36,513 bases of DNA from Rickettsia typhi (GTDB lineage Bacteria; Pseudomonadota; Alphaproteobacteria; Rickettsiales; UBA1997), in contig CAMDMO010000001.1 in NCBI GenBank assembly GCA_945902255.1, forward strand, positions 1 through 36,513, written 5' to 3'. Under the pieces are notes generated by a model, which saw only the letters and a list, made by a program, of their open reading frames with translations, was not told the DNA's origin and ran no database searches. Shown piece after piece: positions 1-9,915 of this stretch; positions within the stretch are counted from its first letter, which is position 1; each line of letters opens with the position of its first letter. Both the position numbers and the translations under genes were made by a program.

Positions 1-273
1 TTCACTCATCAAACCATAAGCCACAATAATCACAAGATCTCCAACCTGCACTAATCTAGCAGCGGCGCCATTGACTTTAATTTCACCACTACCCGCTTTT
101 GCTGCAATCGCATAAGTTGTAAAACGCTGACCATTACTAATATTTAAGACATCAACTTGCTCATTTAATAAAATTCCCGAAGCTTTTAGCAAATTAGTAT
201 CAATTGAAATCGAGCCTTCATAATTTATATCAGCCTGAGTTACGGTTGCGCGATGAATTTTGGCGCGCATCAT
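1..273 (-). CDS. panD: aspartate 1-decarboxylase (PanD), N-terminal 91 codons; the C-terminus runs off the left edge
   Basis: Own translation of the minus strand from ATG 271-273 gives [95 protein letters not shown] and the YEGS self-cleavage region are PanD hallmarks. It is absent from the ORF track because it is truncated. It starts 2 nt after the acs stop. Confidence 0.85.
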   Translation of the reverse strand, partial: MMRAKIHRATVTQADINYEGSISIDTNLLKASGILLNEQVDVLNISNGQRFTTYAIAAKAGSGEIKVNGAAARLVQVGDLVIIVAYGLMSE

Positions 274-275
274 GG

Positions 276-2162
276 TTAATTGCATATCTTTGTAATTTGA
301 TTTACCAAGTCAGGATTTAACAAGGTCGATATATCGCCTAAATTTTCGTCTTTTGTAACGATTTTTTTCAAAATTCGGCGCATAATTTTACCAGAACGAG
401 TTTTTGGTAAGTCGGGAACTATATAGATCTTATCTGGCTTTGCAATAGCGCCAATTTGATCTCTGATGATTTCTATTATTTCATTTTCAATATTTTTTTG
501 CGGCATTTTTAAAATTACAAAGGCACAAATTGCCTCACCTTTAATTTCATGCGGCACGCCAATTACCGCAGATTCCACTACTGCCTCGTGTGAATTAATT
601 GCATTTTCAATTTCTGCCGTGCCTAAGCGATGTCCTGAGACTTTAATCACATCATCAACGCGACCAATTATGCGATAAAGTCCGTTTTCATCTCTAAATG
701 CGCCGTCTCCAGCAAAATAATGATTTGGAAAATTTTGATAATAAGTTTTAAAGAATTTTTCCCTATCGCCCCAAATTCCGCGCGCCATGCTTGGCCACGG
801 CTGTTTGAAGCATAAATTTCCAACTTTATTATTTTCTAAAATTTCATTTCCCTCATCATCAAATAAAACCGGAACAATTCCTGGAAGCGGTAATCCAGCA
901 TAAGAAGGCTTGCTTTGAGTTACTCCCGCCATTGAGGAAAGCATTATGCCACCAGTTTCAGTTTGCCACCAAGTATCAACAATTGGACATTTTTTTTGAC
1001 CAATTTTTTCAAAATACCATTGCCAAGCCTCTTCATTTATTGGCTCTCCAACGCTTCCCAAAACTTTTAGAGATGATAAATCATAGCCTTCAGCAAATTC
1101 ATCGCCCTTTTGCATCAAGCTTCTAATAGCGGTTGGCGCGGTATAAAAAATATTTACTTTATGTTTTTCAATTATTTGCCAAAATCGTGATGCCGTAGGA
1201 TAAGTTGGAATTCCTTCAAACATTACAATTGTTGTGCCACATAAAAGTGGACCATAAACTAAATAAGAATGTCCTGTGATCCAGCCAATATCAGCACTGC
1301 AGAAAAATATATCATCTTTTTTTGCCTGAAACACATTTTGAAAAGAATAAGCGGCGTAAGTCATATAGCCTGCGGTGCTATGTAAAATGCCCTTCGGCTT
1401 ACCGGTAGATCCAGAGGTGTAGAGAGTAAAAAGCGGATGCTCTGCATCAATTACTGATGCTTCACAGAATTTAGGAAATTTTTTTATTTCATCTTGCCAA
1501 ATTGTAATCTTAGCTTTGTTTGCGCTAATAAATTGCGCCTCTTCATCTCTGCGATATAAAATAATATTTTCAACTAACTCGCATTCTGCAATTGCTTCTT
1601 TGGCAATTTCAAAAAGTTCAATTTTTTTATCACCACGAAAAAGTAAATCGGAAGTGATTAATGTTTTTGCGCCAGAATCTTTGATTCTTCCAGCTAAAGC
1701 ATTGGCAGAAAATCCGGCAAAAACCACCGAATGAACCGCGCCAATTCTAGCGCAAGCAAGCATTGCAACTATGGCTTGCGGAATCATTGGCATATAAATA
1801 ACAACTCGATCACCATATTTTATGCCGCTTGCAAGTAGTAAATTAGCGAATTGACAGGTTTGTTCAAAAAGTTGTTTATAGGTAATATTTTGGCTTTTTT
1901 CACTTGGGTTATTCGCCTCCCAGATTATAGCAATTTTATCGCTGGGCTCACTTAAATAGCGATCTAAACAGTTATAAGTTATATTAGTTTTTCCATCTTC
2001 AAACCACGCAATTTCTCCACGCGATAAATCACAATTCATAATTTCTTTTGACTTATGAAACCAAAAGAAATTATCAATAATTTCACCCCAAAAACTTTTT
2101 GGATCAGCAATTGATGCTTGATATTGCTGGTTGTAATCGCTTTTTGATTTTATGTGAAACAT
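276..2162 (-). CDS. acs: acetyl-CoA synthetase (AMP-forming)
   Basis: 628-aa ORF with the AMP-binding motif [11 protein letters not shown] and a C-terminal [11 protein letters not shown] motif. Length and overall pattern are typical of Acs. ATG at 2160-2162, 5 nt after the cysE stop. Confidence 0.9.
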   Translation of the reverse strand: MFHIKSKSDYNQQYQASIADPKSFWGEIIDNFFWFHKSKEIMNCDLSRGEIAWFEDGKTNITYNCLDRYLSEPSDKIAIIWEANNPSEKSQNITYKQLFEQTCQFANLLLASGIKYGDRVVIYMPMIPQAIVAMLACARIGAVHSVVFAGFSANALAGRIKDSGAKTLITSDLLFRGDKKIELFEIAKEAIAECELVENIILYRRDEEAQFISANKAKITIWQDEIKKFPKFCEASVIDAEHPLFTLYTSGSTGKPKGILHSTAGYMTYAAYSFQNVFQAKKDDIFFCSADIGWITGHSYLVYGPLLCGTTIVMFEGIPTYPTASRFWQIIEKHKVNIFYTAPTAIRSLMQKGDEFAEGYDLSSLKVLGSVGEPINEEAWQWYFEKIGQKKCPIVDTWWQTETGGIMLSSMAGVTQSKPSYAGLPLPGIVPVLFDDEGNEILENNKVGNLCFKQPWPSMARGIWGDREKFFKTYYQNFPNHYFAGDGAFRDENGLYRIIGRVDDVIKVSGHRLGTAEIENAINSHEAVVESAVIGVPHEIKGEAICAFVILKMPQKNIENEIIEIIRDQIGAIAKPDKIYIVPDLPKTRSGKIMRRILKKIVTKDENLGDISTLLNPDLVNQITKICN

Positions 2163-2167
2163 ATTTA

Positions 2168-2698
2168 TTAAATATAATAATCAATTTCATGCTTCTTTTT
2201 CTTAACTTCTTTTGCAATTTCTGCAACCATAACTTTATTTGCATCTAAATCTTCAATTATGATTGCGCCCGGTCCAACTTTAGCCCCTTCACCAATTACA
2301 ATTGGACCTAAAATTTTTGCTCCCGCGCCAATTACCACATCATTTTCGATTGTTGGATGGCGTTTAATTTTAGCAATTGATCTGCCGCCCAAAGTAACGC
2401 CTTGGTAAATTGTAACATTATCTCCAATCACTGCGGTTTCGCCAATTACAACACCAAAACCGTGATCAATAAATAAATTTTTACCAATTTTTACTTTGGG
2501 ATGAATTTCAATTCCAGTTAAAATTCTGCTAATATGGGCAATTAAACGCGGTAAAATTGGCACATTTTTTTTTACCAAAAAATGACTAATTCTATGAAAT
2601 AAAACCGCGTGAACTCCCGGATAGCAAAGAATTATCTCTAGATAACCATTTGCCGCCGGATCTTTCTTTTTTATATTTTCAAGAAATTCTATTTTCAT
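2168..2698 (-). CDS. cysE: serine O-acetyltransferase (short form)
   Basis: 176 aa with a left-handed beta-helix hexapeptide region ([44 protein letters not shown]) and an N-terminal DPA...LCYPG motif typical of CysE. It begins 2 nt after the cysK stop. Confidence 0.85.
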   Translation of the reverse strand: MKIEFLENIKKKDPAANGYLEIILCYPGVHAVLFHRISHFLVKKNVPILPRLIAHISRILTGIEIHPKVKIGKNLFIDHGFGVVIGETAVIGDNVTIYQGVTLGGRSIAKIKRHPTIENDVVIGAGAKILGPIVIGEGAKVGPGAIIIEDLDANKVMVAEIAKEVKKKKHEIDYYI

Positions 2699-2700
2699 TA

Positions 2701-3633
2701 TTATCCTGTAATATGCTCAAATAACACCGAAGATAAATAGCGCTCGCCATATGATGCCAAAATAAATACTATTAACTTTCCTGCATTTTCTGGTCTTTTA
2801 GCAATTTCTAAAGCGGCATAAACAGCGGCACCTGAAGAAATTCCGGATAAAATACCTTCTTTTAGTGCTAAAGCTCTAGCATTTGCAATTGCATCTTCAT
2901 TTGAAACGGTAAAAATTTCGTCAATCAAACTAGTATCCAAAATTGATGGAATGAAGCCAGCGCCAATTCCTTGAATTTTGTGAGGACCCGCTTGACCACC
3001 AGATAAAACTGGACTTGCTGAAGGTTCAACCGCAACAATTTTAAGATTTGGATTTCTTTTCTTTAACACCGAAGCAATACCTGTAATGGTTCCTCCAGTT
3101 CCAACGCCAGAAACTAAAATATCAATTTTACCATCAGTATCGCGCCAAATTTCTTCTGCGGTAGTTTTTTGATGAATTTCCACATTTGCTTGATTAGAAA
3201 ATTGTTGCAAAATTACTGAATCTTTAATTTCAGCTTTAAGCTCTTCAGCTCTTGCAATTGCGCCTTTCATACCTTTTGCGCCTTCAGTTAAAACCAATTC
3301 CGCACCATAGGCTTTAAGTAATTTACGACGCTCTAGCGACATGGTTTCTGGCATAGTTAAAATCAATCTATAACCTTTAATTGCAGCAACAAAAGCTAGG
3401 GCAATTCCAGTGTTTCCCGAAGTTGGTTCAATTAAAACTGTTTTTCCAGGCGTAATTAAACCTTGTTTTTCCGCTGCTTCAACCATGGCAGAACCAGCTC
3501 TATCTTTAACTGAATTAGTTGGATTATAATATTCCAATTTTGCCACTACCGTAGCCTTTGATTGATTCATACGATTAATTTGAACTAGCGGCGTATTGCC
3601 AACTAACTCGATTAGATTTTTTGCTATTTTCAT
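2701..3633 (-). CDS. cysK: cysteine synthase A (O-acetylserine sulfhydrylase)
   Basis: 310 aa with a PLP-lysine region NPTNSVKDR, then [12 protein letters not shown] and [10 protein letters not shown] loops. A strong AGGAG sits upstream of the ATG at 3631-3633. Confidence 0.92.
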   Translation of the reverse strand: MKIAKNLIELVGNTPLVQINRMNQSKATVVAKLEYYNPTNSVKDRAGSAMVEAAEKQGLITPGKTVLIEPTSGNTGIALAFVAAIKGYRLILTMPETMSLERRKLLKAYGAELVLTEGAKGMKGAIARAEELKAEIKDSVILQQFSNQANVEIHQKTTAEEIWRDTDGKIDILVSGVGTGGTITGIASVLKKRNPNLKIVAVEPSASPVLSGGQAGPHKIQGIGAGFIPSILDTSLIDEIFTVSNEDAIANARALALKEGILSGISSGAAVYAALEIAKRPENAGKLIVFILASYGERYLSSVLFEHITG

Positions 3634-3661
3634 TTTTTCTCCTTTTTTAATTATTAAAGAA

Positions 3662-3709
3662 GAAAAGGGGTCAGACCCCTTTTCTAAAAAAGGGGTCTGA
3701 CCCCTTTTT
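3662..3709. repeat. REP-like palindromic doublet, copy 1 (GAAAAGGGGTC-A-GACCCCTTTTC, then AAAAAGGGGTC-T-GACCCCTTTTT)
   Basis: Read directly from the sequence. There are two perfect about 23-nt palindromes. The 13-nt cores are reverse complements of each other, so the whole doublet is also a palindrome. It fills the cysN-cysK spacer. The same doublet recurs at 5091-5136. Confidence 0.85.
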
Positions 3710-3710
3710 G

Positions 3711-5072
3711 TTAAATCGTGAAATCGATATTTTTATTACCGAAATATTTTTTAACCAATTGCGATAATTCTAGTAAAAATTCCTCTTGTTGATCCTTAGC
3801 CTTATCTTGTTTCGGCAGGAAATTTGAAATCACACCACATGCCACCGTTTCATTGTTATTTTTATCAATTAATAAAAATGAACCAGTGTTTTTATTGCTT
3901 TTAAATAAATCAAAAGCAGTTTCTTGCGAAATTGATAAATTTACATTAGCAATTTGATTTAAAATAATTGTTTCATGCTGATATTGCTTAGGATCATCAA
4001 CATTGGCTAAATTGTTAATATCAATAATGTGATTAATATTATTCACCTTAGCGCGCAAATAATTATGGTTAATTTTAATCAAATATTCTTTTGATTCTTT
4101 TGTGATAAATTCATCCGCACTGAACCAAATTAAGTAAGAGCTGAAGTGATTAGCAAAATATGGGCGATTGTCAGAATTAACCACCAAACCACCGCGATCT
4201 AAGTCAACATCACGATCTAAAACAATTGAAATTGAACTGCCAAAATTTGCATTTTTAGCTTCTTTTTCTGAGTGAATAATTTTAGTAATTTTAGCCGATT
4301 CTTTTGCCGGATAAACCATAATCTCTTCACCAACTCTAAGATCTCCACTAGATAAGAGTCCTTGATAATATCTTTTATTTTCGTGCTTTGCCAAACCTTG
4401 CACTTGAAAACGCGTTAATTCTTGGCTTTGCGGCTTGGTTTCAACTTCTAATAAATAATCGATAATTGTTTTACCGCTATACCAAGAAATTTTATTACTT
4501 TTTTCTACAATATTATCACCAAGCATTGCAACTATTGGCACGAAATAAATATTTTCAAAACCTAAATCAGCAGTTTTTTCTAAATAAGTTTTACGAATAT
4601 TATCAAAAACATCGTAATCAAAATTCACTAAATCCATTTTATTAACCGCTAAGATCACATTTTTTATTCCAAAAAGATGTGCAATATAACTATGTCTAAT
4701 GGTTTGGGTTTTTACACCTTTAGTTGCATCAACCAAAATAATTATAATATCACTATTTGCTGCAGCCACCGCCATATTTCTAGTATATTGCTCATGCCCT
4801 GGAGCATCTGCAATAATGAATTTTTTACCTCTATGAGAAAAATAACGGTAAGCAACATCGATAGTAATTTTTTGCGCTCTTTCCGAAGTTAGACCATCTA
4901 AAAAAAGTGAAAAATCTAGGTCGCCATCAAATGATTTATCGGTTGATTTTTTTACCTCTTCAATTTGATCTTGATAAAGTGAATCAGTGTCATGAAGCAG
5001 CCTTCCAATTAGAGTAGACTTGCCATCATCAACATTTCCTGCAGTTAAAAATTTTATAATTTCTTGTGACAT
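3711..5072 (-). CDS. cysN: sulfate adenylyltransferase subunit 1 (GTPase subunit); no fused APS kinase
   Basis: Track ORF 3711..5198. I place the start at ATG 5070-5072 ([26 protein letters not shown]), which puts the G1 motif at the N-terminus as in CysN. DAPGH and NKMD motifs are present. The 42 upstream codons of the track ORF only translate the palindromic repeat (GVRPLFNKRGLTPF). Confidence 0.88.
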   Translation of the reverse strand: MSQEIIKFLTAGNVDDGKSTLIGRLLHDTDSLYQDQIEEVKKSTDKSFDGDLDFSLFLDGLTSERAQKITIDVAYRYFSHRGKKFIIADAPGHEQYTRNMAVAAANSDIIIILVDATKGVKTQTIRHSYIAHLFGIKNVILAVNKMDLVNFDYDVFDNIRKTYLEKTADLGFENIYFVPIVAMLGDNIVEKSNKISWYSGKTIIDYLLEVETKPQSQELTRFQVQGLAKHENKRYYQGLLSSGDLRVGEEIMVYPAKESAKITKIIHSEKEAKNANFGSSISIVLDRDVDLDRGGLVVNSDNRPYFANHFSSYLIWFSADEFITKESKEYLIKINHNYLRAKVNNINHIIDINNLANVDDPKQYQHETIILNQIANVNLSISQETAFDLFKSNKNTGSFLLIDKNNNETVACGVISNFLPKQDKAKDQQEEFLLELSQLVKKYFGNKNIDFTI

Positions 5073-5090
5073 GTTTTTTTCAATTTTATT

Positions 5091-5136
5091 AAAAGGGGTC
5101 AGACCCCTTTTGTTGAAAAGGGGTCTGACCCCTTTT
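5091..5136. repeat. REP-like palindromic doublet, copy 2 (AAAAGGGGTC-A-GACCCCTTTT gttg AAAAGGGGTC-T-GACCCCTTTT)
   Basis: Read directly from the sequence. It has the same two units in the same order as 3662-3709. It fills the 70-nt spacer between the cysD stop (5143) and the cysN start (5072). Confidence 0.85.
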
Positions 5137-5142
5137 GCGGTT

Positions 5143-6039
5143 TTAGAAATATCCTTCCAATTTTTTCTTTTCCATCGAGCCAGACTGATCTTTATCAATT
5201 AGTCTTCCTTGCCTTTCTGAAAATTTACTTTTTTTCATTTCCGCAATAATTTCATCAATATTACTTGCCTCAGATTCAATGGCGCCACTGAGTGGATAAC
5301 ATCCTAAAGTTCTAAATCTAACTTTTTTAATTTCTGGTTTTTGTCCATTTAAAGGCAGTCGGTTATCATCGACCATAATTAGAGTTCCATCGCGCTCAAC
5401 CACTGGTCTTGGTGCAGAAAAATAAAGCGGCACAACCTCAATTTCTCTTTCTTTAATATATTCCCAAACATCAAGCTCGGTCCAGTTCGATAAAGGAAAA
5501 ACGCGCATCGATTCTTTATCGTTAATTTTGCAATTAAATAAATTAAACATTTCTGGCTTTTGCATTTTTGGATCCCAGTTATGAAACTGATTTCTAAAAG
5601 AAAAAATTCTCTCTTTAGCGCGAGATTTTTCTTCGTCCCTGCGCGCGCCACCCAAAGCCATATCAAAACCATGCTCGTCAAGAGCTTGTCTTAAACCTTC
5701 GGTTTTCATAATATCGGTGTAAACCTTGCGCTGTAAACCAAATGGCGTAATATCTTCTTTTGCGCCACGAGGATTAACATGAACAATCAGATCAAGTCCA
5801 AATTTTTCTGCCTGATATTTTCTAAATTTAATCATCTCTTGAAATTTCCAAGTTGTATCAACATGCAAAACCTTTACTGGCGGTTTTGCTGGATAAAAAC
5901 TTTTAAGCAAAAGATGTAATAAAACTGAAGAATCTTTACCAATTGAATAAAGCAAAACCGGATTTTTAAATTCCGCCACCGCTTCGCGAATTATGTAAAT
6001 AGACTCTTCTTCAAGCATTTGTAAATATTTGCTAACCAT
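5143..6039 (-). CDS. cysD: sulfate adenylyltransferase subunit 2
   Basis: 298 aa. The N-terminus [16 protein letters not shown]...[17 protein letters not shown] (PP-loop SxGKDS) matches CysD. The ATG at 6037-6039 overlaps the cysI stop by 8 nt. Confidence 0.92.
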   Translation of the reverse strand: MVSKYLQMLEEESIYIIREAVAEFKNPVLLYSIGKDSSVLLHLLLKSFYPAKPPVKVLHVDTTWKFQEMIKFRKYQAEKFGLDLIVHVNPRGAKEDITPFGLQRKVYTDIMKTEGLRQALDEHGFDMALGGARRDEEKSRAKERIFSFRNQFHNWDPKMQKPEMFNLFNCKINDKESMRVFPLSNWTELDVWEYIKEREIEVVPLYFSAPRPVVERDGTLIMVDDNRLPLNGQKPEIKKVRFRTLGCYPLSGAIESEASNIDEIIAEMKKSKFSERQGRLIDKDQSGSMEKKKLEGYF

Positions 6040-7669
6040 AAATCTCCCTTAAAATAAAATCGCCAAAAGTCTCGTTGGCAGCGCGTTTTTTAGAATAATC
6101 GCCTAAAAATTTATCCAACTCATTTAGAATATCGCCCTCTTCTAAATCTTCTTTGTAAAGCCTGTTTAAGCGATTTCCTAAGCGATCTCCAGCCAAATAA
6201 AGATTGTATTTTCCAAGCGCTTTTCCAACAAGACCAATTTCTGCCAAATAAGGTCTGCCACAACCATTTGGGCAACCCGTCATTCTTATGCTAATTGGAT
6301 CTTGGCTTAAGTTATATTTTTCCAAAATCACTTCGATTTTTGTAATTAAACTTGGTAAATATCTTTGCGCTTCCGCTAAAGCTAACGAGCAAGTGTTAAG
6401 CGCCACGCAAGCAATAGAATCGGCAAGAATTGGTGAAATGCCGTCATTATTAATATTATATTTTTGGAAGATTTTTTCGACCTGCGATTTATTTTTTTCA
6501 ACAATATCAGAAATAATAATATTTTGATTATTGGTGAAACGAAAATTCGCTAAATTATTTTGCGCAACTTCTCTAAAAGCTTTTTTTAATTGTTGTTTTT
6601 GACTATCGTAAACTCGACCATTTTCAACAAATAAACCATAATGATAATTACCAAGATAATCTTGCTTCCAGCCATAATAATCGCCGCGTTTATCGAATTT
6701 AAATTCTTTGGTTTTTTCCAATTTAAATCCGAGTCTTTTTTCAAATTCTTCCACAAACCATGCAACTCCATATTTTGCGATAGTATATTTGAAGCGAGAC
6801 TGTTTTCGCTCTTCGCGATTTCCAAAATCTCTTTGAATAGTTAAAATTTGGTAAGTCGCATCTAAAATTTTATCTTTTGCGATAAATCCAATTACATCGC
6901 CAAGTCTTGGATAAGTGTCCGCATTGCCATGAGTGGCGCCCATTCCGCCGCCAACCGAAACATTAAATCCTTGCAAAACACCATTTTGAATTATCGCAAT
7001 TAAACCAATATCGTGAGCGTAAACATCCACATCATTATCCGGCGGAATTGCAATTACGATTTTAAATTTTCTTGGCAAATAAGTTTTACCATAAAGCGGC
7101 TCCACCTCTTCAACGCCGGCAATTTGCTCTTGATCCAACCAAACCTCGTGATAAGCATTGGTTTTTGGCAATAAATATTCGCTGATTTTTTTACTAAATT
7201 CATAAACTTCATCATAAGCAGAATTTTGCGCAATCGCCACTGAAGCCATAACATTGCGATTTACATCGCCGCAAGCCGCAATTGAATCAAGTCCGTGATT
7301 CATAAACCAAGCAATTGTTGGTTTTAATTTTGACTTAATCACGCCATGTAATTGCACGGTTTGTCTGGTAGTAATTTTTATCGTTCCCGTTGAATTGTGT
7401 TCAGCAATTTCATCAATTGCCAACCATTCTTTTGCAGAAATTTTTCCGCCAGCAATTCTTAAGCGAAGCATAAAAGAGTAAAGTTTTTCTAACTTTTTTT
7501 CTGCCCTCTCCTCTCTGCGATCACGATCATCTTGCTGATAAATTCCGTGAAATTTTATCACCGTTTGATCATCTTCCGAAATTGCTCCCGTAATAGGATC
7601 AGCAAGGCTTTGTGCTAGAGTTCCGCGAAGATAATTACTATTTATTTTAATTTGTTCTACTTTGCTCAT
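6032..7669 (-). CDS. cysI: sulfite reductase (NADPH) hemoprotein beta-component
   Basis: [20 protein letters not shown], the Cys cluster [15 protein letters not shown] and [19 protein letters not shown] follow E. coli CysI along the whole length, compared from memory. I prefer the ATG at 7667-7669 (MSKVEQIK), 16 nt after the cysJ stop. The track start at 7720 would overlap cysJ by 35 nt. Confidence 0.9.
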   Translation of the reverse strand: MSKVEQIKINSNYLRGTLAQSLADPITGAISEDDQTVIKFHGIYQQDDRDRREERAEKKLEKLYSFMLRLRIAGGKISAKEWLAIDEIAEHNSTGTIKITTRQTVQLHGVIKSKLKPTIAWFMNHGLDSIAACGDVNRNVMASVAIAQNSAYDEVYEFSKKISEYLLPKTNAYHEVWLDQEQIAGVEEVEPLYGKTYLPRKFKIVIAIPPDNDVDVYAHDIGLIAIIQNGVLQGFNVSVGGGMGATHGNADTYPRLGDVIGFIAKDKILDATYQILTIQRDFGNREERKQSRFKYTIAKYGVAWFVEEFEKRLGFKLEKTKEFKFDKRGDYYGWKQDYLGNYHYGLFVENGRVYDSQKQQLKKAFREVAQNNLANFRFTNNQNIIISDIVEKNKSQVEKIFQKYNINNDGISPILADSIACVALNTCSLALAEAQRYLPSLITKIEVILEKYNLSQDPISIRMTGCPNGCGRPYLAEIGLVGKALGKYNLYLAGDRLGNRLNRLYKEDLEEGDILNELDKFLGDYSKKRAANETFGDFILREIYG

Positions 7670-7685
7670 TTTCTTGTTAATTAAA

Positions 7686-9131
7686 TTAATAAACATCTCG
7701 CAAATATCTATCTTGCTCAATCAAGTTTGATAAATATTCTTGCGCCTGTTCTCTATTTTTATTTCCCTCATTTTCTATTACCTCAAGCAGTGAATTTTCA
7801 ACATCGCGCGCCATGTTTTCTTTATCGCCGCAAACATAAAAATAAGCGCCATTTTCTAACCACTGATATAATTCTTTGGCATTTTCTTTGATGCGATCTT
7901 GCACATAAATTTTTTCTTTTTGATCTCTTGAGAAAGCCACCGACATCTTGGAAAGCAGCCCAGATTCTAAATGCGCTTGCCATTCAATCTGATATAAAAA
8001 ATCACTTTGAAAATTTCTTTCACCAAAAAATAACCAATTTTTTCCACTCGCATTGCGATAATTTCTTTCTGCTAAAAAGGCGCGAAATGGCGCAACTCCT
8101 GTTCCAGGACCAACCATTATAATATCTTGATCGTCTTTAGGTAATTTAAATTGGCGATTTTTGCTAATGTAAAATTTAATTTTAGAGCCAACTTGCAAAT
8201 GCGCCAAATGGCCAGAAAATAAGCCTTCAACCTCTTTTCCATCTTTATCAATATAGCGCAAAACCGAAACCGTTAAATGAACTTCGCTACCATGCTCATT
8301 TAATGAAGAAGCAATAGAATAAAGGCGTGGGGTAATTTTTCCCTCAACTTTCAACTCTTCATTTTCAAATAAAATTCCAACTGAATCACCAGCTTCATAA
8401 TGCAAATCATCCGCGCCAGATGCAGCAATTTCAATATGCCTAGTTTCTTTTGAAGAACCCACATCATTAAGATTAATGTTAGCTAAAATTTCACCAACAA
8501 ATTGATTTTGTCCAGATTTGGCCGGTTTAATATTTTGAACCGAAGCAATTGCGCCGCCTTCTGCAAAAGCTGCTGAAACTTGGGCATAAACTTGATTAAT
8601 TGAATTTTCAAAATCTAAATCTAAATCAATTCTTGGCGCTAATTTTTTTGCATTTAATTTTTCTAACCTTAAATCAATATCTTTTCCTGATTGGCAAAAT
8701 AGCGGGTAGTTAGTGTCTCCAAGCGCAATTACAAAATAATTTAAATTTTTTAAATCCAATTCATTTTGATTAATATATTCGTAAAATTTTTTTCCAGATT
8801 GTGGAATTTCACCTTCGCCATGAGTGCTTGCAATTATCAGTAAATTTTTTTCTTTCACTAAATCGGTAAAGCGATATTGCTCAACTGATTTTAACTTAGA
8901 ATTAGAGCCTTCTGCCTTTAATTTTTTAGCTATTTCTGAAGCTAAAAATTTTGAATTTCCAGTTTCCGTGATATATAAGATTGTTAAATCTTTAACTATT
9001 TTATTATTAGAAATCGCAGATATTTCTTCCGCTACAAGACCAGCTAAATATCCGCTAACCCAAGCAATTTCAGGCTTGGTAAGGCTTGTAATAAATTGAT
9101 CTAATATTTGTTTTTTTTCTTTATTTAGCAT
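7686..9131 (-). CDS. cysJ: sulfite reductase flavoprotein alpha-component, short form (flavodoxin plus FNR-like module)
   Basis: 481 aa. It has the N-terminal AWVSGYLAG motif, flavodoxin-like LTILYITETGNSK, the FAD motif RLYSIASS, NADPH motifs MVGPGTGVAPFRAF and YFYVCGD, and the C-terminal RYLRDVY. Confidence 0.85.
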   Translation of the reverse strand: MLNKEKKQILDQFITSLTKPEIAWVSGYLAGLVAEEISAISNNKIVKDLTILYITETGNSKFLASEIAKKLKAEGSNSKLKSVEQYRFTDLVKEKNLLIIASTHGEGEIPQSGKKFYEYINQNELDLKNLNYFVIALGDTNYPLFCQSGKDIDLRLEKLNAKKLAPRIDLDLDFENSINQVYAQVSAAFAEGGAIASVQNIKPAKSGQNQFVGEILANINLNDVGSSKETRHIEIAASGADDLHYEAGDSVGILFENEELKVEGKITPRLYSIASSLNEHGSEVHLTVSVLRYIDKDGKEVEGLFSGHLAHLQVGSKIKFYISKNRQFKLPKDDQDIIMVGPGTGVAPFRAFLAERNYRNASGKNWLFFGERNFQSDFLYQIEWQAHLESGLLSKMSVAFSRDQKEKIYVQDRIKENAKELYQWLENGAYFYVCGDKENMARDVENSLLEVIENEGNKNREQAQEYLSNLIEQDRYLRDVY

Positions 9132-9222
9132 ATTTCATTTATTTAACTTACAATTTATACGATATTAAAACTTATGCCGCGACGAGATGGACTGGCTTAC
9201 GCAACCGCGCCCTCACCTTTAT

Positions 9223-9915
9223 TTACGCCTTATGTAACCCACATTCTTTTTTCAAATCACTTTCCCACCACCACCTGCCCGCTCTCACATCTTCATCCGA
9301 TGCAACAGCTCTAGTGCAAGGTTCGCAACCAATTGACTTATAGCCTTTTTTATAAAGCTCATTAAAGGGCACGCGATTTTTTTCAATATATTCCCAAACC
9401 TCTTTTTCGCTTAACTCAAGCAAAGGATAAAATTTAATAAGCGCAAAACCTTCGTCTTTTTCAAAAAAATCTTTTTGACCACGAAGTGAAGAATGCTCTT
9501 TTCTAACCCCGCTAATCCAAAGATTTTTTCTTTTTAAAGCGCGCTTCAAAGGCTCTACCTTCCTTATTTGGCAACATTTTAAACGCAATTCTAGATTTTT
9601 ATAAAAAGGATTGATCCCTTCTTGTGAAATAAATTCTTTTAACTCTTTTTCAGCGGGATAATAAGCAGTAATTTTTAGCGGATATTTATCTAAACTATTT
9701 TGCCATACTTCATAAGTTTCTTTCGGCAAGCGCCCTGTATCAAGAGTAAAAACCGTAATTGGCAATTTATTTTGAGCGATAAAATCAAAAATCACCTGAT
9801 CTTCAATGCTAAAACTGGTGGAAAAAACAATATCTTCAAAAACAGACGAAACAAATTTTAGCCTCTCTTGCCAATTTAAATTTTTTGTTTGCTTCAATAG
9901 TTGACTAATTTCCAT
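9223..9915 (-). CDS. cysH: adenylylsulfate (APS)/PAPS reductase, Fe-S (APS-reductase) type
   Basis: C-terminal KKECGLH, plus the CC pair (LKCCQIRKVEPL) and CxxC (IGCEPCT) that mark the iron-sulfur APS-reductase class. I place the start at ATG 9913-9915 (MEISQLL), which is preceded by GGAGGTGAGC. The track start at 9948 lacks a comparable RBS. Confidence 0.88.
   Translation of the reverse strand: MEISQLLKQTKNLNWQERLKFVSSVFEDIVFSTSFSIEDQVIFDFIAQNKLPITVFTLDTGRLPKETYEVWQNSLDKYPLKITAYYPAEKELKEFISQEGINPFYKNLELRLKCCQIRKVEPLKRALKRKNLWISGVRKEHSSLRGQKDFFEKDEGFALIKFYPLLELSEKEVWEYIEKNRVPFNELYKKGYKSIGCEPCTRAVASDEDVRAGRWWWESDLKKECGLHKA

Noticed and set aside
466-678. Numerous 60-114-aa ORFs nested antisense or out of frame in large genes, for example 466-678, 5379-5681, 6586-6825, 17868-18083, 17924-18121, 23897-24241, 28530-28796 and 34363-34653
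   Set aside because: All lie entirely inside well-supported conserved genes. They have low-complexity or compositionally driven translations, such as Pro/Ser-rich reading of the virB6 Gly/Ser tail. None has recognisable motifs or start-site signals.
5073-5198. 42-codon N-terminal extension of the cysN ORF in the track ([42 protein letters not shown])
   Set aside because: It overlaps the cysD 3' end and is simply the palindromic REP-like doublet read in frame. The GTPase G1 motif follows directly after the internal Met at 5072.
7670-7720. Longer cysI start at 7720, and similarly a longer cysH start at 9948
   Set aside because: The longer cysI version overlaps cysJ by 35 nt and adds non-conserved residues. 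For cysH the internal ATG at 9915 has a strong GGAGG RBS. I remain uncertain for cysI.
9132-9222. GC-rich patch in the cysH-cysJ spacer (GCCGCGACGAGATGGACTGGCTTACGCAACCGCGCCCTCACC), with a possible 10-14-codon sORF on the minus strand after a GGTGAGG SD-like motif
   Set aside because: It has no convincing hairpin, no amino-acid bias comparable to the poly-Cys ORF, non-ATG starts only, and no second copy in the window. I cannot support a call from sequence alone.
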